This document shows, piece by piece, positions 47,401-59,725 of a stretch of 64,000 nucleotides of DNA. Source of the DNA: Lingula anatina (taxonomy: Eukaryota > Animalia > Brachiopoda); the NCBI GenBank assembly GCA_051362555.1, contig CM120640.1:22196001-22260000 (forward strand), in the 5' to 3' direction. Within the stretch, counting starts at the first letter, position 1; each line of letters begins with the position of its first letter. Under the pieces are notes generated by a model. The model saw nothing but the letters and a program-made list of their open reading frames with translations. It made no database searches and was not told the DNA's origin. The translations under genes and the position numbers were made by a program.

Positions 47401-50400
47401 AGTACTAGAAGGTGCTAATGATCTTCTTGAAAATGATAGGTTTTTAAGCTAAACCTAATTGTTGTTAATTTCTTCTTAGAACAAAGAGTACACGAGAAGG
47501 CCCCAGAGAAAACAAACCACTCTCACATATTCGGACTCTCTTGTTAAATCTTGGAAGTCACACCAATCACATTTCTTCCTTTAATGATTCAAAACAAAGG
47601 TGTATCTTATTTTTTATCATTTTTTAAAATTGTCTCCTTTCACGAACCTTAAAACTGTCACCAGTGATAGAATTTGCATTATATAAAAACATCTATGTCT
47701 CCCCCGTAAAACAGGTATTTACTAGTCTCTAGGGCTCACCTCTCAGTCTTAGTTATCAAAATTTGTATGAAATCTACATATTAGTCACTAAGTGTTCATT
47801 TCAGATTAAAAATATTCCCTAAAAATCAATTTCAATCTTTTAATGCCAAGTATGAAATAAAATGAAAATAAAAAGGGATTTTAGGTGGATTTAATCTATA
47901 TTTCTAGCCCTGTTTATATCTATAGTTAAATCATGTTGCACTTAATAAAATACCAGCTATAATATGTTCCAGTTGGAATTTCATAAATAATTTACAAGTT
48001 CACCCACCTTTTGTTACTCTGAGCAGTAACTCATAATCATCTCCCAGACCTTGGGCATTGAACCTTCCCAGCAAAATTACCTGTAACAGAACATGTGCTC
48101 ATTACATAGGAATGTGTCAAGAACCATTCTTACACAGATGGTGTACACCCCAGAACACAATGATGAATTGGTGTCATAATTTGTTGAATATTGCTTACTT
48201 GAAAAGAGAATTGAAAGCTTTATACCTTACACATGTGAATATGAATTTTTAAGGTTTAAAATTGGAATAATCTTGATATAACCTTAAAATTGGTGAGGTG
48301 ACTTTGCCCTGGGTAAGACATATCTATGTTGAGCATATTTTGATAAGTCTGTTTTTTTCCCCAAAACAAATTCTAAAAACATCCATGAGAAGGCCAAAAG
48401 CACTCTAACTAATTTCAGATCTTGCTTTGGTATTTGATATAAAAACAGGCAGTTGGTCCATTTAAAGAAAAGAGCAAAAACACATTTGGTGTCAGCTGAA
48501 TCCAGTCCATGCAGGGCTATAAACAAACTGTAAATTAAATTTCAAACAAGAACTGGTCTGCCAGGTCAAGGGTGGGGCTTGTGTTGAAAGAAGGCTGTTG
48601 ACTGTATTCTGGTGATTTCTTTTCATTCCATGCATTATACATATGACATGTTATAGTAATTTTCATATGTACTGCTTTAAATTTTCTGGAGCAACAAAAC
48701 TTTCTCAAAGATTGAAAAAACATATAACCAAAAACATTTATGTTAACAGTAACATTACATCCATTGCTCTGTATCATGGTTTCTCTCACATAACTAGATA
48801 CATAATGATAAGGAGAACAAGCCCGGTAAAGCTGAAATATGGACAGATAACATTTGATAGCGTTATTCTTAAGAGTGACAAAATAATACCTCAAACTTGT
48901 ATAGTAAATGCTGGGTTAAAATGATTGAAAGCATTGTTGGCTGTATCTCGGTCCAATGGATCGTCCACGCAAATTTAAGAATTATAAGTAACACAGTTTT
49001 TCTTTTAAAGTGTTTATGATGAAATTGCACAAAATAGAATTTTATGTAATATAACATAATGCCAAACAGTGCAATCAATATCATTTCTAATTATGTACTA
49101 CTGTTACTGTGGGCATTCAGAAAATGTATCTAGTACAGGGCTTTAGACTCATGCAAGTTAAAAGTCACACCTAAAAAATGCCAATGTGTAAAAAGAGAAA
49201 AATTCACAGAAACCTTAACTTCAGGAAAATTAATCTAATCTGGTTCAAAAATGAGCCGTATTTTACTGCTAAGAATCATTTTTGTAAGTTTGAGAAGATG
49301 AAGTAACATGAATTTCTTATTATAGTGCTTACAAGGGAAAGTGTGCAGCAATGGCACTGCTTATTGGTGATGACAAATGCTATAAAAATGTCCATAAAAT
49401 AATTTTAGATGTTCTTCTCGCTGCAAATGAAAATGCATGGAATGAAACTTTTTGGAAACAGTCAACATATCCACACCATGAACACAATGATACATTTATT
49501 TAATCAACTGATGTGATCTCACAATATTCAAATTTATTTGCATTTTTAAATTTTGCAAGATTGCTGCTTATGTTTTCAACTATTTTCTCTTTATTTTTTT
49601 TCCACCATAGGTACTTTTTACTGCAATTGGCCCATTGAAAAAAATGACTGTTGCATGTGCCCAGCCGCAACACACTAAGACAAACATAGGCCAAACATAA
49701 TAAAAATAACAGCAAGGATACAACAAACCTTTTTATAAGTAAACATAGAATTGGTTTATTTCATTCTCACTTCTATCTACAAACAATTTATTCAGTGGAT
49801 CTTACCTTGTAGTTAAAAAACTTCGTTACATGGGTAAATAATTCAAAGCAGAAGTCCATGTGTATCTCTTCTTCCTTTGCATGTGCTTCCATACACTTGG
49901 CTGCATAGGCGCCCATCTGGCGTGCCTGAGACCACAATCTCATCTGAAACATGACAATGCTTTTGCAACTTTTTATATAATGCACTGATTTTGCTTGTCT
50001 CACTGGGCCCAGAACCATCATGACGACAAATGGTGTCATTGAAGTTTATCTGATGCAGATTCAATTATAAAAACAGATTTGCATTATGAAGAATGAAATG
50101 GCCATGACCGCAAAAAAAATAAAAAAAAATTGCTTATATCTGAATTTCAAGTAAAAAATTTTCATGATTCTAATTTAGACATCTGAAAAAGTCCACACCA
50201 GAAATGTTTTTGTTGAGTGTCAAGTTATTCCTTTTCAAATGAAAATTGAAATTGAACAGGCACAGGCTAGTCGGCTATTTTTGACAAAAATGTTCTATTT
50301 TCACATAGACTTTTTTGTAGGTATCCTTTATAAAACGGAACTGAAACTCAGAAATAAAGTATATTGTTGTTAGAAAATAATAAATTACTACAAAACTATG

Positions 50401-53400
50401 CAAGTTATTATCAAACCATTTTGTTTTATACTAAATCATTCTGGACTGACACTTTTTGATAAAATGAAAATTTCAGGCAAAGTAATCAAAAAAATTATAT
50501 CATAAGGGAAAAAATATTAGCAGCAAATAATCCGTGAAACTGATTGCCACATCAACATAACCTGATACATTCATTCAAGATTTCACAATATTTTTGTCCA
50601 AATTAGTTGTTCTGAGTAAAGTTCATTGCCATTTCTTGAAGATCTAACTGCATATTGTTTTTCACAACTATGTTTATGTCACACAAAGGCCAACAGCCAT
50701 AAATTATGTTTTAGTGAAAATATGAAAAAGGAAAATAATTACTAAAATCTACATGTTGTGAGTAACCTACCACGCCAGCCTATGAAATTGCCTCTCAAAA
50801 GAAAATGAAAGAAATTAATTTTCAAAAGAAAACAAATATTAAAATGTACATGTTGGGAGTAGCCTATGGCGTTGTCCTCTGAAACTGCTTCTCTAAACCA
50901 GCCAGTTATCTCACCTGTAGCCAATGAGGTGCAGGTTCCCATGATGCACTGCACACATCGCCTGCCGCATACACATCCTGCACACTGGTCATCATATGGT
51001 CATTGACTGAGAGACCACCATCGGAGGCAATAACAAACTGAAATACAAATGAAACCATCTGGGAAAATGGCAAACCTACAGCATAAATACAGTTGATTAA
51101 AAAAAATGGACAGACTGCAAATAAATGCTATTCATATTGACAATGACAAATGACAAATGCTCTGCATCAAGAAAACTAAAACAAATGCAAATGATTTCAT
51201 ACATGATTTTCAAAATCTAACACAAGGAAACTTGTTCAGATACATAGAGTTACATTGTAGTAAACAAACCTGTTTGTTTTTGTTGAAGGGGTATACATTT
51301 GGTATTACGCCAGTTGCACTGACCACAAAATCACAGCCGTAAATCTGACCATTTGTTAGTTCCACATATATGGGCCACGAAGCTGGTAAAAAAATGTTTA
51401 TTACAAGTATTTAAAACTGAAAAATGTACATTACCAAAAACAATGAATAATTATGATATACAGTAATCAACATTTTCCTATTATTAGAAAAGACAGTCTT
51501 TTAACTCACTTGGAAAGTCTCCTTTGAAGTTCAAAGAAAAGAAAAGAACAAACAAAACAGAAAGCAAGACTGGTACATTTTACATAATACTTCCCTACAC
51601 TTACCTTCACCACTTAAACCAGTCTCATCATTTTTGGGGAATTTTTTGGCTTGCTTTCCACTTGACTTCATCTCTTCTTGACTTAACAGCCTAGACACTT
51701 CAACTTTATATTCTACATGTATGCTGCGGCCCTCCTGGCATACATAGATTTACATTTTATAATAATATATTCTTTGGTGAAAAACAATTACTCTAACAAT
51801 CAAGCATCAACAAACAATATTAACCATTAAAGATTCATTTCTTAGTAGGCGCATATACAGAAAAGTCAACAATAGAAACACAGTTGTTTGGATAAAAAAC
51901 TTTTTTTAATTTAGCCATTATTAATTCAACAAAAAGGCTAGTGTTTTAAGCACATTTATCAATCCCTTAAAAGATAACAATAACAGCTAACTTAAGCTTA
52001 ATTTTCTGATGTTTTTTAATCACATATCAATCCCTCACAAGAAAACAATAACATTTATTAGTGTTTTTAAGCATAACACCACACCTAAAACATGCAGTGC
52101 TAACTCACCCCATACTGACCCTGCATTTCCCTGCCTTCAGTCCAGTCTGGACCCAAGGCACCTCCTAACAGGTCTGGGGTCAGTCGAGAGATCATGGGCT
52201 CTTAAAATAGATTGATAACTCTTATAAAAAACGCAATATTTTTTCTACTATTTCTGAAAAATCAGTAATACAGCTGAGATAAGAATGTATTAATTCTACT
52301 GATTCACAAATGCTTATCAAATCATTTCTTTTTTATGAAAATTACTTACTTTCCAATGTGTACTTCATTCTTTTGGAAACACCTTCATCTTTCATTTCTG
52401 CTGGAGAGGATAAACTAGAGAGAAAGAACTCAGCAGCTCCTGCATCTACAAAGGTCTTGGTAATAGAAGCATCCTTGATGGCCCATACCACCTCACAATT
52501 TTTAATGTGGTATCTGGAAACAAATATATGGATTCATTCTACTGTAAAGTAAATGGAAAAGGGATGATGGCCAACTACCACAGACTACTTGAATTCGTGT
52601 TTTGACAAAAGTCTTCATGATCTTAACTAATCTATCATTTCAGAACTTTAAGACATTAAATTAAACTTAAGTGAGCAATGCCAACTAGACAGAAAGACTG
52701 GTGCATATACAGATATTAAACAAAAAAGTCACAAATAGAAACAGTTATTTGGAAGAGAACATTTTTTAATTTATGTAGCCAATTATTAATTCAACATTAA
52801 GGTAAAATCCATCTGTAAATTTTGGCACATGTCTCATAAGGTAAAAATACAGAACTACAGTTTGGCATTGAGAGTGTATCATGTTCAGACACATATGCAA
52901 TGTATAAGTTAAATGAAAGCATGGAAACCTTGGTAAAAATAATCTTATTATGCCAATTTTCCAACTGACTTCGATTTTGTATCATGCAAAATTTAAAAAT
53001 GTAATTTGGCATTTGCATCAACTGCAGCAACAGATGCAGATGATAAGAATGTTTGTAGAAACTGTAAACAACATCACTCCGAGATTTGTATAGGAACAAA
53101 TATATTTTATGTGTCTTACATCTAAATATTTCAGCAGTGCTCATACATTTGACTTACACAAGTTCTGTAGCAATTCCACCATTTCCAACAATAACAACCC
53201 TTCTTGCACTAGAAAGTCTTTCCTGAAACTCCTTTAACAAAGAATTCAACATTTTGAATATGCTATTAATTCAACAATTTTTCAACATTTGCCATTAAAA
53301 TTGGATTTTCACTAGATTTCAACAAAGCACCATAACCTTAATTTTTGAGCATTTTTTTATGCTTAGATGTGATCAACATGTGATTACATTTGTGATAAAG

Positions 53401-54991
53401 GTATCTGACCTGTACACTTTCTGTATCTCTGATTCCAAGTACATGTTTGTCCCCTTCCATCAATACCTGAAAATAAAGCACAGCAGATTCAAAATCTGGG
53501 ACATTTATGTATTGAACAGTAATGAATTGTGGTAGTTGTGACTGCATGATGTTATCAGTGATTGCATTTTCTGGCAGTGGAAACTTTGTAATTTAGTTCG
53601 CTTAACATCTATATAAAATCATTTACATTATACAGCTATTAAGGAATGCTTTCTTTTAGTAAAATACAAGTTTATTTTTAAAGTAAAATGTAAAGCAAAA
53701 GATATATTATCAATTAACATAAAAATCCTGATTTCTGCAATATACATTACTACATAGTGTACCTTTGGTTTTCCTCCAGTACATATGCAGAGTTTCCCAT
53801 ATCTATACCATTTTTCATCCACTATAAGCAATTTCTGTAATAAAATTAATAGTAACATATACTTAAAGATTATATACTGCATAATTCAAAGCAATATTTC
53901 TATTACTTAAAACAAATGGTAAAAAGTAAATGAAATATAAAAGAAGTCCACTATTATTTTAATGAAGTACAAACCCTACTATCAATGTAAAAAGTTATCA
54001 CTAACATGTTCTTCATGGTCCATTTCTTTAACAGCAGTGTTTAGAACATGGATGTTTGGACAATCCAACTGTAACACAGACAATGGTTTTTCCACCACAT
54101 CAAACTGCTGCAGTGTCCTGCCATACTGTAGAACAATGGGAAGAAAATTTTTCATAGTCAAAGAGTGTTGATGATTAGGTCTTATAAAAATCCTTTAAAA
54201 CTTATACATGTATGTTAGAAAGTGTCCATTTATCGCTAAGCAAAACTTTTCTGTCACATTAAAAAAGATGTAAAGGGTGCATATCACAATCTACAAAATG
54301 CTGGGAAGCAAAAAATTATCTAAAAGAGCACACTTTTTATATCAAAACAAATTCTATATAGCACACTTTAAAAAAAAAAAAGATCACATACCTGTCTTAG
54401 ATTTGACACTGCTTTAATGAGAGGGGAGGCACTTATAAGCAGGATTTTCTCTTCTGGACAAAGCAGTGAAAGCTAGAATGAAAACCATAATAATTGAAAT
54501 ATGGGTGCATGTGATTTATGTTTTTGAAAGAAGCTATATAATATTATACAGATTTTATAACATTATCTTCATATAAATCCCACTCGCAGTCACTGTAAAG
54601 ATGCTTTAACATGTTTAGGGAAACTTAAAAAGTCTCCTTTAGAAATGTGTATATGAAACTGAAATTAATACAAGTTCTTTTTTTTTTCATCTTAACTTCA
54701 ATTTATTTGTTGCCAGAACAGTGAAATATTGCAGAAGTAGGATGCCAATTGTTTAATTTTGTAGTGAAAGAGTGTGATGACGGAGTATGAGCAAAAAGCA
54801 AATATGAAAATCTAAATCCTGTGCAAGAAGACATGGGTTTATTGAGATTTATAGTTTCAAACGTATAAATATTGCTTTCTGTGACAATCAATTGTTTTAA
54901 AACGTACCGTTTCTGCACATGTTACACCTGCAATACCACCACCCACAACTATGAATGGATAATATTCACACTGAAGCTGTTCACCAGACAT
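44423..54991 (-). CDS. PYROXD1: Pyridine nucleotide-disulfide oxidoreductase domain-containing protein 1, about 498 aa
   Basis: Fourteen phase-consistent exons: 54991-54908, 54472-54392, 54125-54006, 53834-53763, 53466-53410, 53231-53158, 52513-52350, 52200-52109, 51734-51605, 51382-51270, 51037-50915, 49943-49806, 48080-48008, 44598-44423 (1497 nt). Motifs [14 protein letters not shown] (FAD-binding), [66 protein letters not shown], and C-terminus [40 protein letters not shown]. Confidence 0.96.
44830..44915 (+). mobile_element. Decayed non-LTR retrotransposon (CR1/L2-like) reverse-transcriptase fragment in the last PYROXD1 intron
   Basis: Translation ...[21 protein letters not shown] resembles the LINE RT motif YGIxGxLLxWIxxYLxxRxQ. 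The match is short and degenerate. Confidence 0.35.
51849..52802. repeat. Degenerate ~90-bp direct repeat in two nearby PYROXD1 introns (51849-51938 and 52700-52802)
   Basis: Shared blocks GCATATACAG...AAAAGTCA..AATAGAAAC..AGTT.TTTGGA...TTTTTTAATTTA..GCCA.TTATTAATTCAACA. A short third echo TATTAATTCAACA lies near 53264. Confidence 0.7.
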
Positions 54992-55734
54992 TCTCTTCCT
55001 GGCTTATGTTGTCAGATACTCATGTTCACTCTGATATCTTGATGTTGGTGGTGACAGTCAATACAGTTGATACTCTCAATGTCGCAGTGTGTAAGTTCTG
55101 GTTATTTGAAAAAACATTACACTGGTTTTTCAAATGAATACAGCAGGATAATCATACTATACTTGCCTCAGTTGCCTAACGTGTAGTATGTAAGGCTGAA
55201 AACTGAGGTAATCACACTACATGCATTGTGAAATTACAATATATCCAAATAAGAGTCTGAATTGTTACTGTCGTCATTGAGCATAATGTTTTCAGTGGGT
55301 AGGTACCCACTGAGGCTTAGGGAATTTATATTGTAAGTATAAAGGATATAACAGTTACACCAACAGATAACATAATTTTAAAATAATCAAACCAAAACAC
55401 TTATCAGCATATCTATTATCACTTTCCTGGGGTGGTGCTAATGCTTGCCAATCTTGAAAATTCTAAAACAGATTTAAATTGCCTGGCTGAAAGAAAATAG
55501 GGTTGATGTGGGGAGATCCAGAGATATTTTCCTACAGTCTTTCAAACTATCTTTGTTGAACCATTTCTATTTTGACCATCTTCTGACAGAAAAAATTAGA
55601 GGCCAGTCAATGCAAACACAAAAAAATCTGTCTTTCGAAAGGCCCAGAAGATGACTTCCATCTGCCCCTGGTTGATTTGACTTCTTTTAGTCATAAGGGA
55701 GAAAAAGGGAATGTAAAAGTAGTGATTTGGCTAA

Positions 55735-56866
55735 GGGCCCCTTTACACTGGACGGCGTCCTTTCTGCGTCCCTTCTGCGTTCAAAAATGTGGTCAGGACG
55801 CTCAACCGTCTCCAAAGCAATTAAATCGTGTCTCAGTGTAAAGGCATCTGCGTCCCTTGTGCGTCCTTTGAACGACCGAATCTTGATTTTACCTGTAAAA
55901 CCTGCCTGCCTCCACTGTACGTCCCCTGTGCAACCCAAGGCGTCCATTGCGATGTTTGAGCGACCATTGAGCATTATTGCTACATTCTCTGTACCTTCAT
56001 TGGCGATCAGTGGCGTCTATTCTACGATCATTCTGCATCCTGCTTGACCGATGAGCGTTGTTTGGGCGTCCTTCTCTATATATTCTAACAGTAACTCATA
56101 TTTTTTCATCAGTTCTAACCAGGTCATCCAATAAAGAACATTATCAGTACACAAAACAAATAAATGGGAATAAAGGTTTTAAACTATAGTGATGCAAGGT
56201 CTGCATGTACTGGTAATCAGCCAGATGCTCATTGTTATCCTTATAAGAAGGATGGACAGGCGCCAAAAACGAGTATGACTGACACAACATAGAATAGAAT
56301 GTTTGAATCCGTTTTCAAATGACGCATTCTGCAAAAAGTTCTGACAATTAATGCATCTTGTAAAATAGGCAAAATATTCGTTTTATAATAACCTGGATAG
56401 TTTCATAATTTTTAGGGGAAAAAACAATCAGAGGCTAATATGAGATCACTGTTGCCCTTAGAATTCCTGTCTGGTGAAAAATACCTCAGCACGGCCCCGT
56501 TTAAGAGTGAAAGAAAATAATGTTCTACGTGCCGAACACTGGACGATCTTTGAGTTTTCATTCTGCAACCAAAGCGATGCTTGTGCCTCCTTTCTACGAC
56601 CGCGGCGATGCTTTTGCGTCCTCTCTGCGACCACAGCGATGCTTGTGCGTTCTTTCTGCGTCCATTGAGCAACCATTCTCCATCGCGTTCTCTCTGCGAT
56701 TGTTTTGAACATGCTCAAAACTTCGCGGCGTCCTCGGCGATGCTTGAATGTTCTTTGTGCGACCTTGGTGATCACTGTGCGTTCTTTGAGTGTCTGACGG
56801 CGTCCTGGCCAGTTTCATGGTCGCACAAAGGACACAGAAAGGACGCCGTCCAGTGTAAAGGGGGTT
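55735..56866. mobile_element. Non-autonomous TIR element (PIF/Harbinger-type MITE), 1132 bp, in the putative PYROXD1 5' UTR intron
   Basis: TIRs CCCCTTTACACTGGACGGCGTCCTTTCTG(C/T)GTCC at both ends in inverted orientation. TAA duplication at 55732-55734 and 56867-56869. CpG-rich subterminal regions and an internal 3x31-bp tandem repeat at 56574-56666. Confidence 0.9.
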
Positions 56867-57203
56867 TAAGCAAACCCAACTTTCCACCACTATCCTTCAA
56901 GAGTTTCACAATCACAGGTAATTATCCTAGTCTAGAAAAGGCAAGAAGGCACCCCTGCTAAGAGCTCAAAAACCTGTACACAAGCCATTCGAGAACCACT
57001 TTAAAACAAACATAGCACTAAACAACCTTTATCAACTCCCTTAGGTTTAGTGGGCACATAACCACTGAAGATAGCCTGCTGAGGACAGAAGGATACTGAA
57101 ATTTGTCAATCAAACATTGTGCCTGGCCAAGTTTAATTATCATGTTTTTACTAGTTACCAGTGTTTACCCGTGCGAAGTAAAATTTTCATTTTTTCACAA
57201 TGG

Positions 57204-57712
57204 TACTACATTTCCTATGAGATTTTACTACATTCCCCGTGAGGTGGTGAATTTAGAATAAACCGCAACTCACATTTAACTAGGCGACTGCTGCATGTTC
57301 CATGTTTACAATGTTATCACAGGGGCCAATAAATACTGTATAAGTATTTGAGAATATGCCTTCCATCTGATCTTAATGTAGAATAAAAATAAAATAAAAA
57401 TGTATTTTAGTCTCATAATGGTAAAAATGCGTCCAACAAATCATATTTCTAGGTAATTTTAAAGATTTAGATACTGCTCCCTGTGTTCCGCCTCGCTCTC
57501 GTAGTATTGCTTCTTGCGCCCCAGTTCGTCTCTGTGTCACTATCATCATGGAATTATTTGATTGTTCTTAAACGAGGCTCTTCTTGGGAGAATGCGCAGC
57601 CGCATCTTTACCCCAACATCGTCAAAGATAGGGATAGATTGTTTGAAATCACGCCATGTAACACGCCATATAACATTACATATTTAAGCTGTAAGTGGTG
57701 CACCATATTCAG
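57204..57712. promoter_or_regulatory. Putative bidirectional promoter PYROXD1 (-) / ankyrin-SOCS gene (+) with flanking non-coding first exons
   Basis: Minus-strand donor AAT|GTGAGT at 57274/57273 pairs with acceptor ccag| at 55098/55097 upstream of the PYROXD1 ATG. Plus-strand donor CAG|GTAAGT at 57712/57713 pairs with acceptor ttttcag| at 60631/60632. The region is locally CpG-rich, with two ACTACATT(T/C)CC motifs at 57205 and 57227. Confidence 0.6.
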
Positions 57713-58035
57713 GTAAGTTACGAGTTCTACTGGTAATGGAATGGAGTCGACTATTTTTGATTAACAGAAAATAATGGCAATTTTAGTGACAAAGATTGTC
57801 ATCACGCATCAGCCGGTTGCTCAGCCTTCGTCCGAGTTGCCAAGTTTTTATGCTCTGGCATGCGTATGGATGTCTACTGTTACTGAATGCAAGATACACA
57901 TAGGCTTACTATGAAAAGCAAGCCACTACTTAAGTTTACCAAAATATAAAAAATTACTACGTTCTACCATATAAAATACGTGTAACGCTTCGGAGATGTA
58001 GCGATTTAGGATTGGGAGGGGGGGGGGGGGGGGTT

Positions 58036-58359
58036 GCCTCATTTCCAGTCTTACATGCTACGCAGGTAAGGGCCTGCAACACCCTGTGTTACAAATTCTA
58101 GAGGCTATAAATACTAGTATGCAAACCCTGGGATAACTGTTTGTGTCCTTCATCACACCTGCGGCATGTGATTCATAAATATATAGTCATTTTGTATGGG
58201 TTCATGAACCAGTTTGATAAAGTTTTACTCATGTTATTCCACCTATAGAGTAGTGTTAACACTCGTGCCTGCCTATTAAAAGTTTATTGTCACAAGAGCA
58301 TGTAACAGAGGGTGTTATGAATCCTTACTTGTGTAGCATGTAAGGCTGAAAGCTGGGGC
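58036..58359. repeat. Imperfect inverted repeat (arms 58036-58093 and 58301-58359), probable decayed TIR element; partial copy at 55163-55211
   Basis: GCCTCATTTCCAGTCTTACATGCTACGCAGGTAAGG...AACACCCTGTGTTACA versus the reverse complement GCCCCAGCTTTCAGCCTTACATGCTACACAAGTAAGG...AACACCCTCTGTTACA. Confidence 0.7.
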
Positions 58360-58781
58360 TAGGAGGGTGTTAATGATGTGGAAATGACCCTTTGGGGTTT
58401 TATTAATCGGTCCAATAATTCTGGAGAAATTCAAGTTGAAGCAGGTGCTTTTACTGCCGCCACTTAGTCAAGCCCATAGTCACATATAATGAGGACAGAT
58501 TTTGAAACACAAATATATAGAGAATCTTAATAGATGGATGGTTTTGAAGTACTGGCATTGTACACCCAGGAAGTTATTGTATTCTTTCAGAAGCTTCAGA
58601 CTATTTTGTCTGGCTGTTGAGAATTTGTCTGGCTGTTTCAGCCTCTTGACATTTGCTATCGCATCATAAATATCTAGTGTGCCAACTGCAGACAATGACT
58701 CTCTCATTTGGTTTCCAGACTCTCATGTATGTGGTTTGGTGCAGTGAACAGAAAAATTGCTCATAGACTGAAAATAACTGA

Positions 58782-59330
58782 TACCCCGTTCACACTACGC
58801 TCAGTTATCCGGATAAGTTGCGAATTAGGTCACAATTCGAATAAATGCAGTAGTGTGAACGCAAGAGGATTTTGAAAATGCGCATTTTCAAAATCCTGCA
58901 AGCGAGGTGGATTTCTAAGCGCGATCCGGATAACTTACCGGAATCGACACCTGTACAGATCTTACTGCGCATGTGTGCAGATAAGTGCGGGTATCTATGA
59001 ACGCTGGTTTAATACTTTAGCGATTGCACCAAACGTATTTGGAGGTCACCACTCACTACAACATGAGGAAACAAACTTATTTTGCCACTACTTCTCAAGA
59101 ATGCTGGAATGTCTTTTGAGTTGCATTTGTCGTCACAAATTTTTGTTGATATTTTAAGATTTCCTGTGCGGCGCATGCGCGAGTGTTCAAAACAGGAAGT
59201 TAAACCTGAAATTTTCAACGTAGGATTCGGATTCGCTTAGCGAGTGTGAACGCAATACCGAATCGGATTCCTTATGAAAAATCCGAATTATAGAAATGCG
59301 CATTTTGGCAACTGTAGTGTGAACGGGGTA
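58782..59330. mobile_element. Non-autonomous TIR element (Harbinger-type MITE), 549 bp
   Basis: Perfect 17-bp TIR TACCCCGTTCACACTAC. TGA duplication at 58779-58781 and 59331-59333. Internal AGTGTGAACGCAA subrepeats and a 32-bp perfect palindrome at 58866-58897. Confidence 0.92.
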
Positions 59331-59509
59331 TGAACCTCATTGTTGATGAAACTTACTTGAAGAGTGGTGTGGCTTGTCTAAATGGGAAACTGTACTGATT
59401 GAGATTGTTTTTTTTTTTATAATGCCAAAAATGTCCACCAAAATATCTTCCATATACTACCTTGCATCTTTCAAGAAGCAAAGTAAATTACTTATACCTA
59501 AATGACTAA

Positions 59510-59725
59510 GACCCCATTCCCATGGATATTTAGATCGATCTATCCCCCTGGGGAGTCTCACTAGATTGGTGTCAGCTTAACGGGCTTAAATGTCTGTCTC
59601 GCCTACTAAAAGCTGTAAGGGGGTAATTAAATGTCGTGCTTGCTTGGCTGACAGCAATTTAGCGTGAATCCCCAGGGAGTTAGGTCGATCCAGATGGATC
59701 AATCTAAATCTCTGGGAATGCACTC
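59510..59725. mobile_element. Small fold-back MITE, 216 bp, with TAA target-site duplication
   Basis: Left GACCCCATTCCCATGGATATTTAGATCGATC...CCCTGGGGAGTCTCACTAGATTGGTGTCAGC versus right reverse complement GAGTGCATTCCCAGAGATTTAGATTGATC...CCCTGGGGATTCACGCTAAATTGCTGTCAGC. TAA at 59507-59509 and 59726-59728. Confidence 0.7.

Noticed and set aside
47326-47415. AAAGGGGTGGCCCT...TTTGAACTTGGAT...CAAGGATG resembles, from memory, the oyster Cg170/BIV160-type satellite or Helentron-associated monomer
   Set aside because: It is a single, very degenerate fragment that cannot be confirmed without alignment. The same applies to similar decayed remnants near 13050-13470, 16520-17010 and 49200-49400.
52200-53233. 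Two AAG-type 3' splice sites in PYROXD1 as possible minor-spliceosome introns
   Set aside because: Their donors are ordinary GTAAGT/GTCAGA and there is no GTATCCTT/ATATCCTT U12 signature. AAG acceptors are uncommon but normal.
55687-56961. Eight overlapping 60-126 aa ORFs on both strands
   Set aside because: They lie in the GC-rich subterminal repeats of a MITE and show no DDE transposase or Myb-like motifs.
57483-57716. 77-aa ORF with a signal-peptide-like N-terminus (MFRLALVVLLLAP...)
   Set aside because: It starts at GTG rather than ATG and coincides with the pyrimidine-rich start of the putative non-coding first exon of the ankyrin-SOCS gene.
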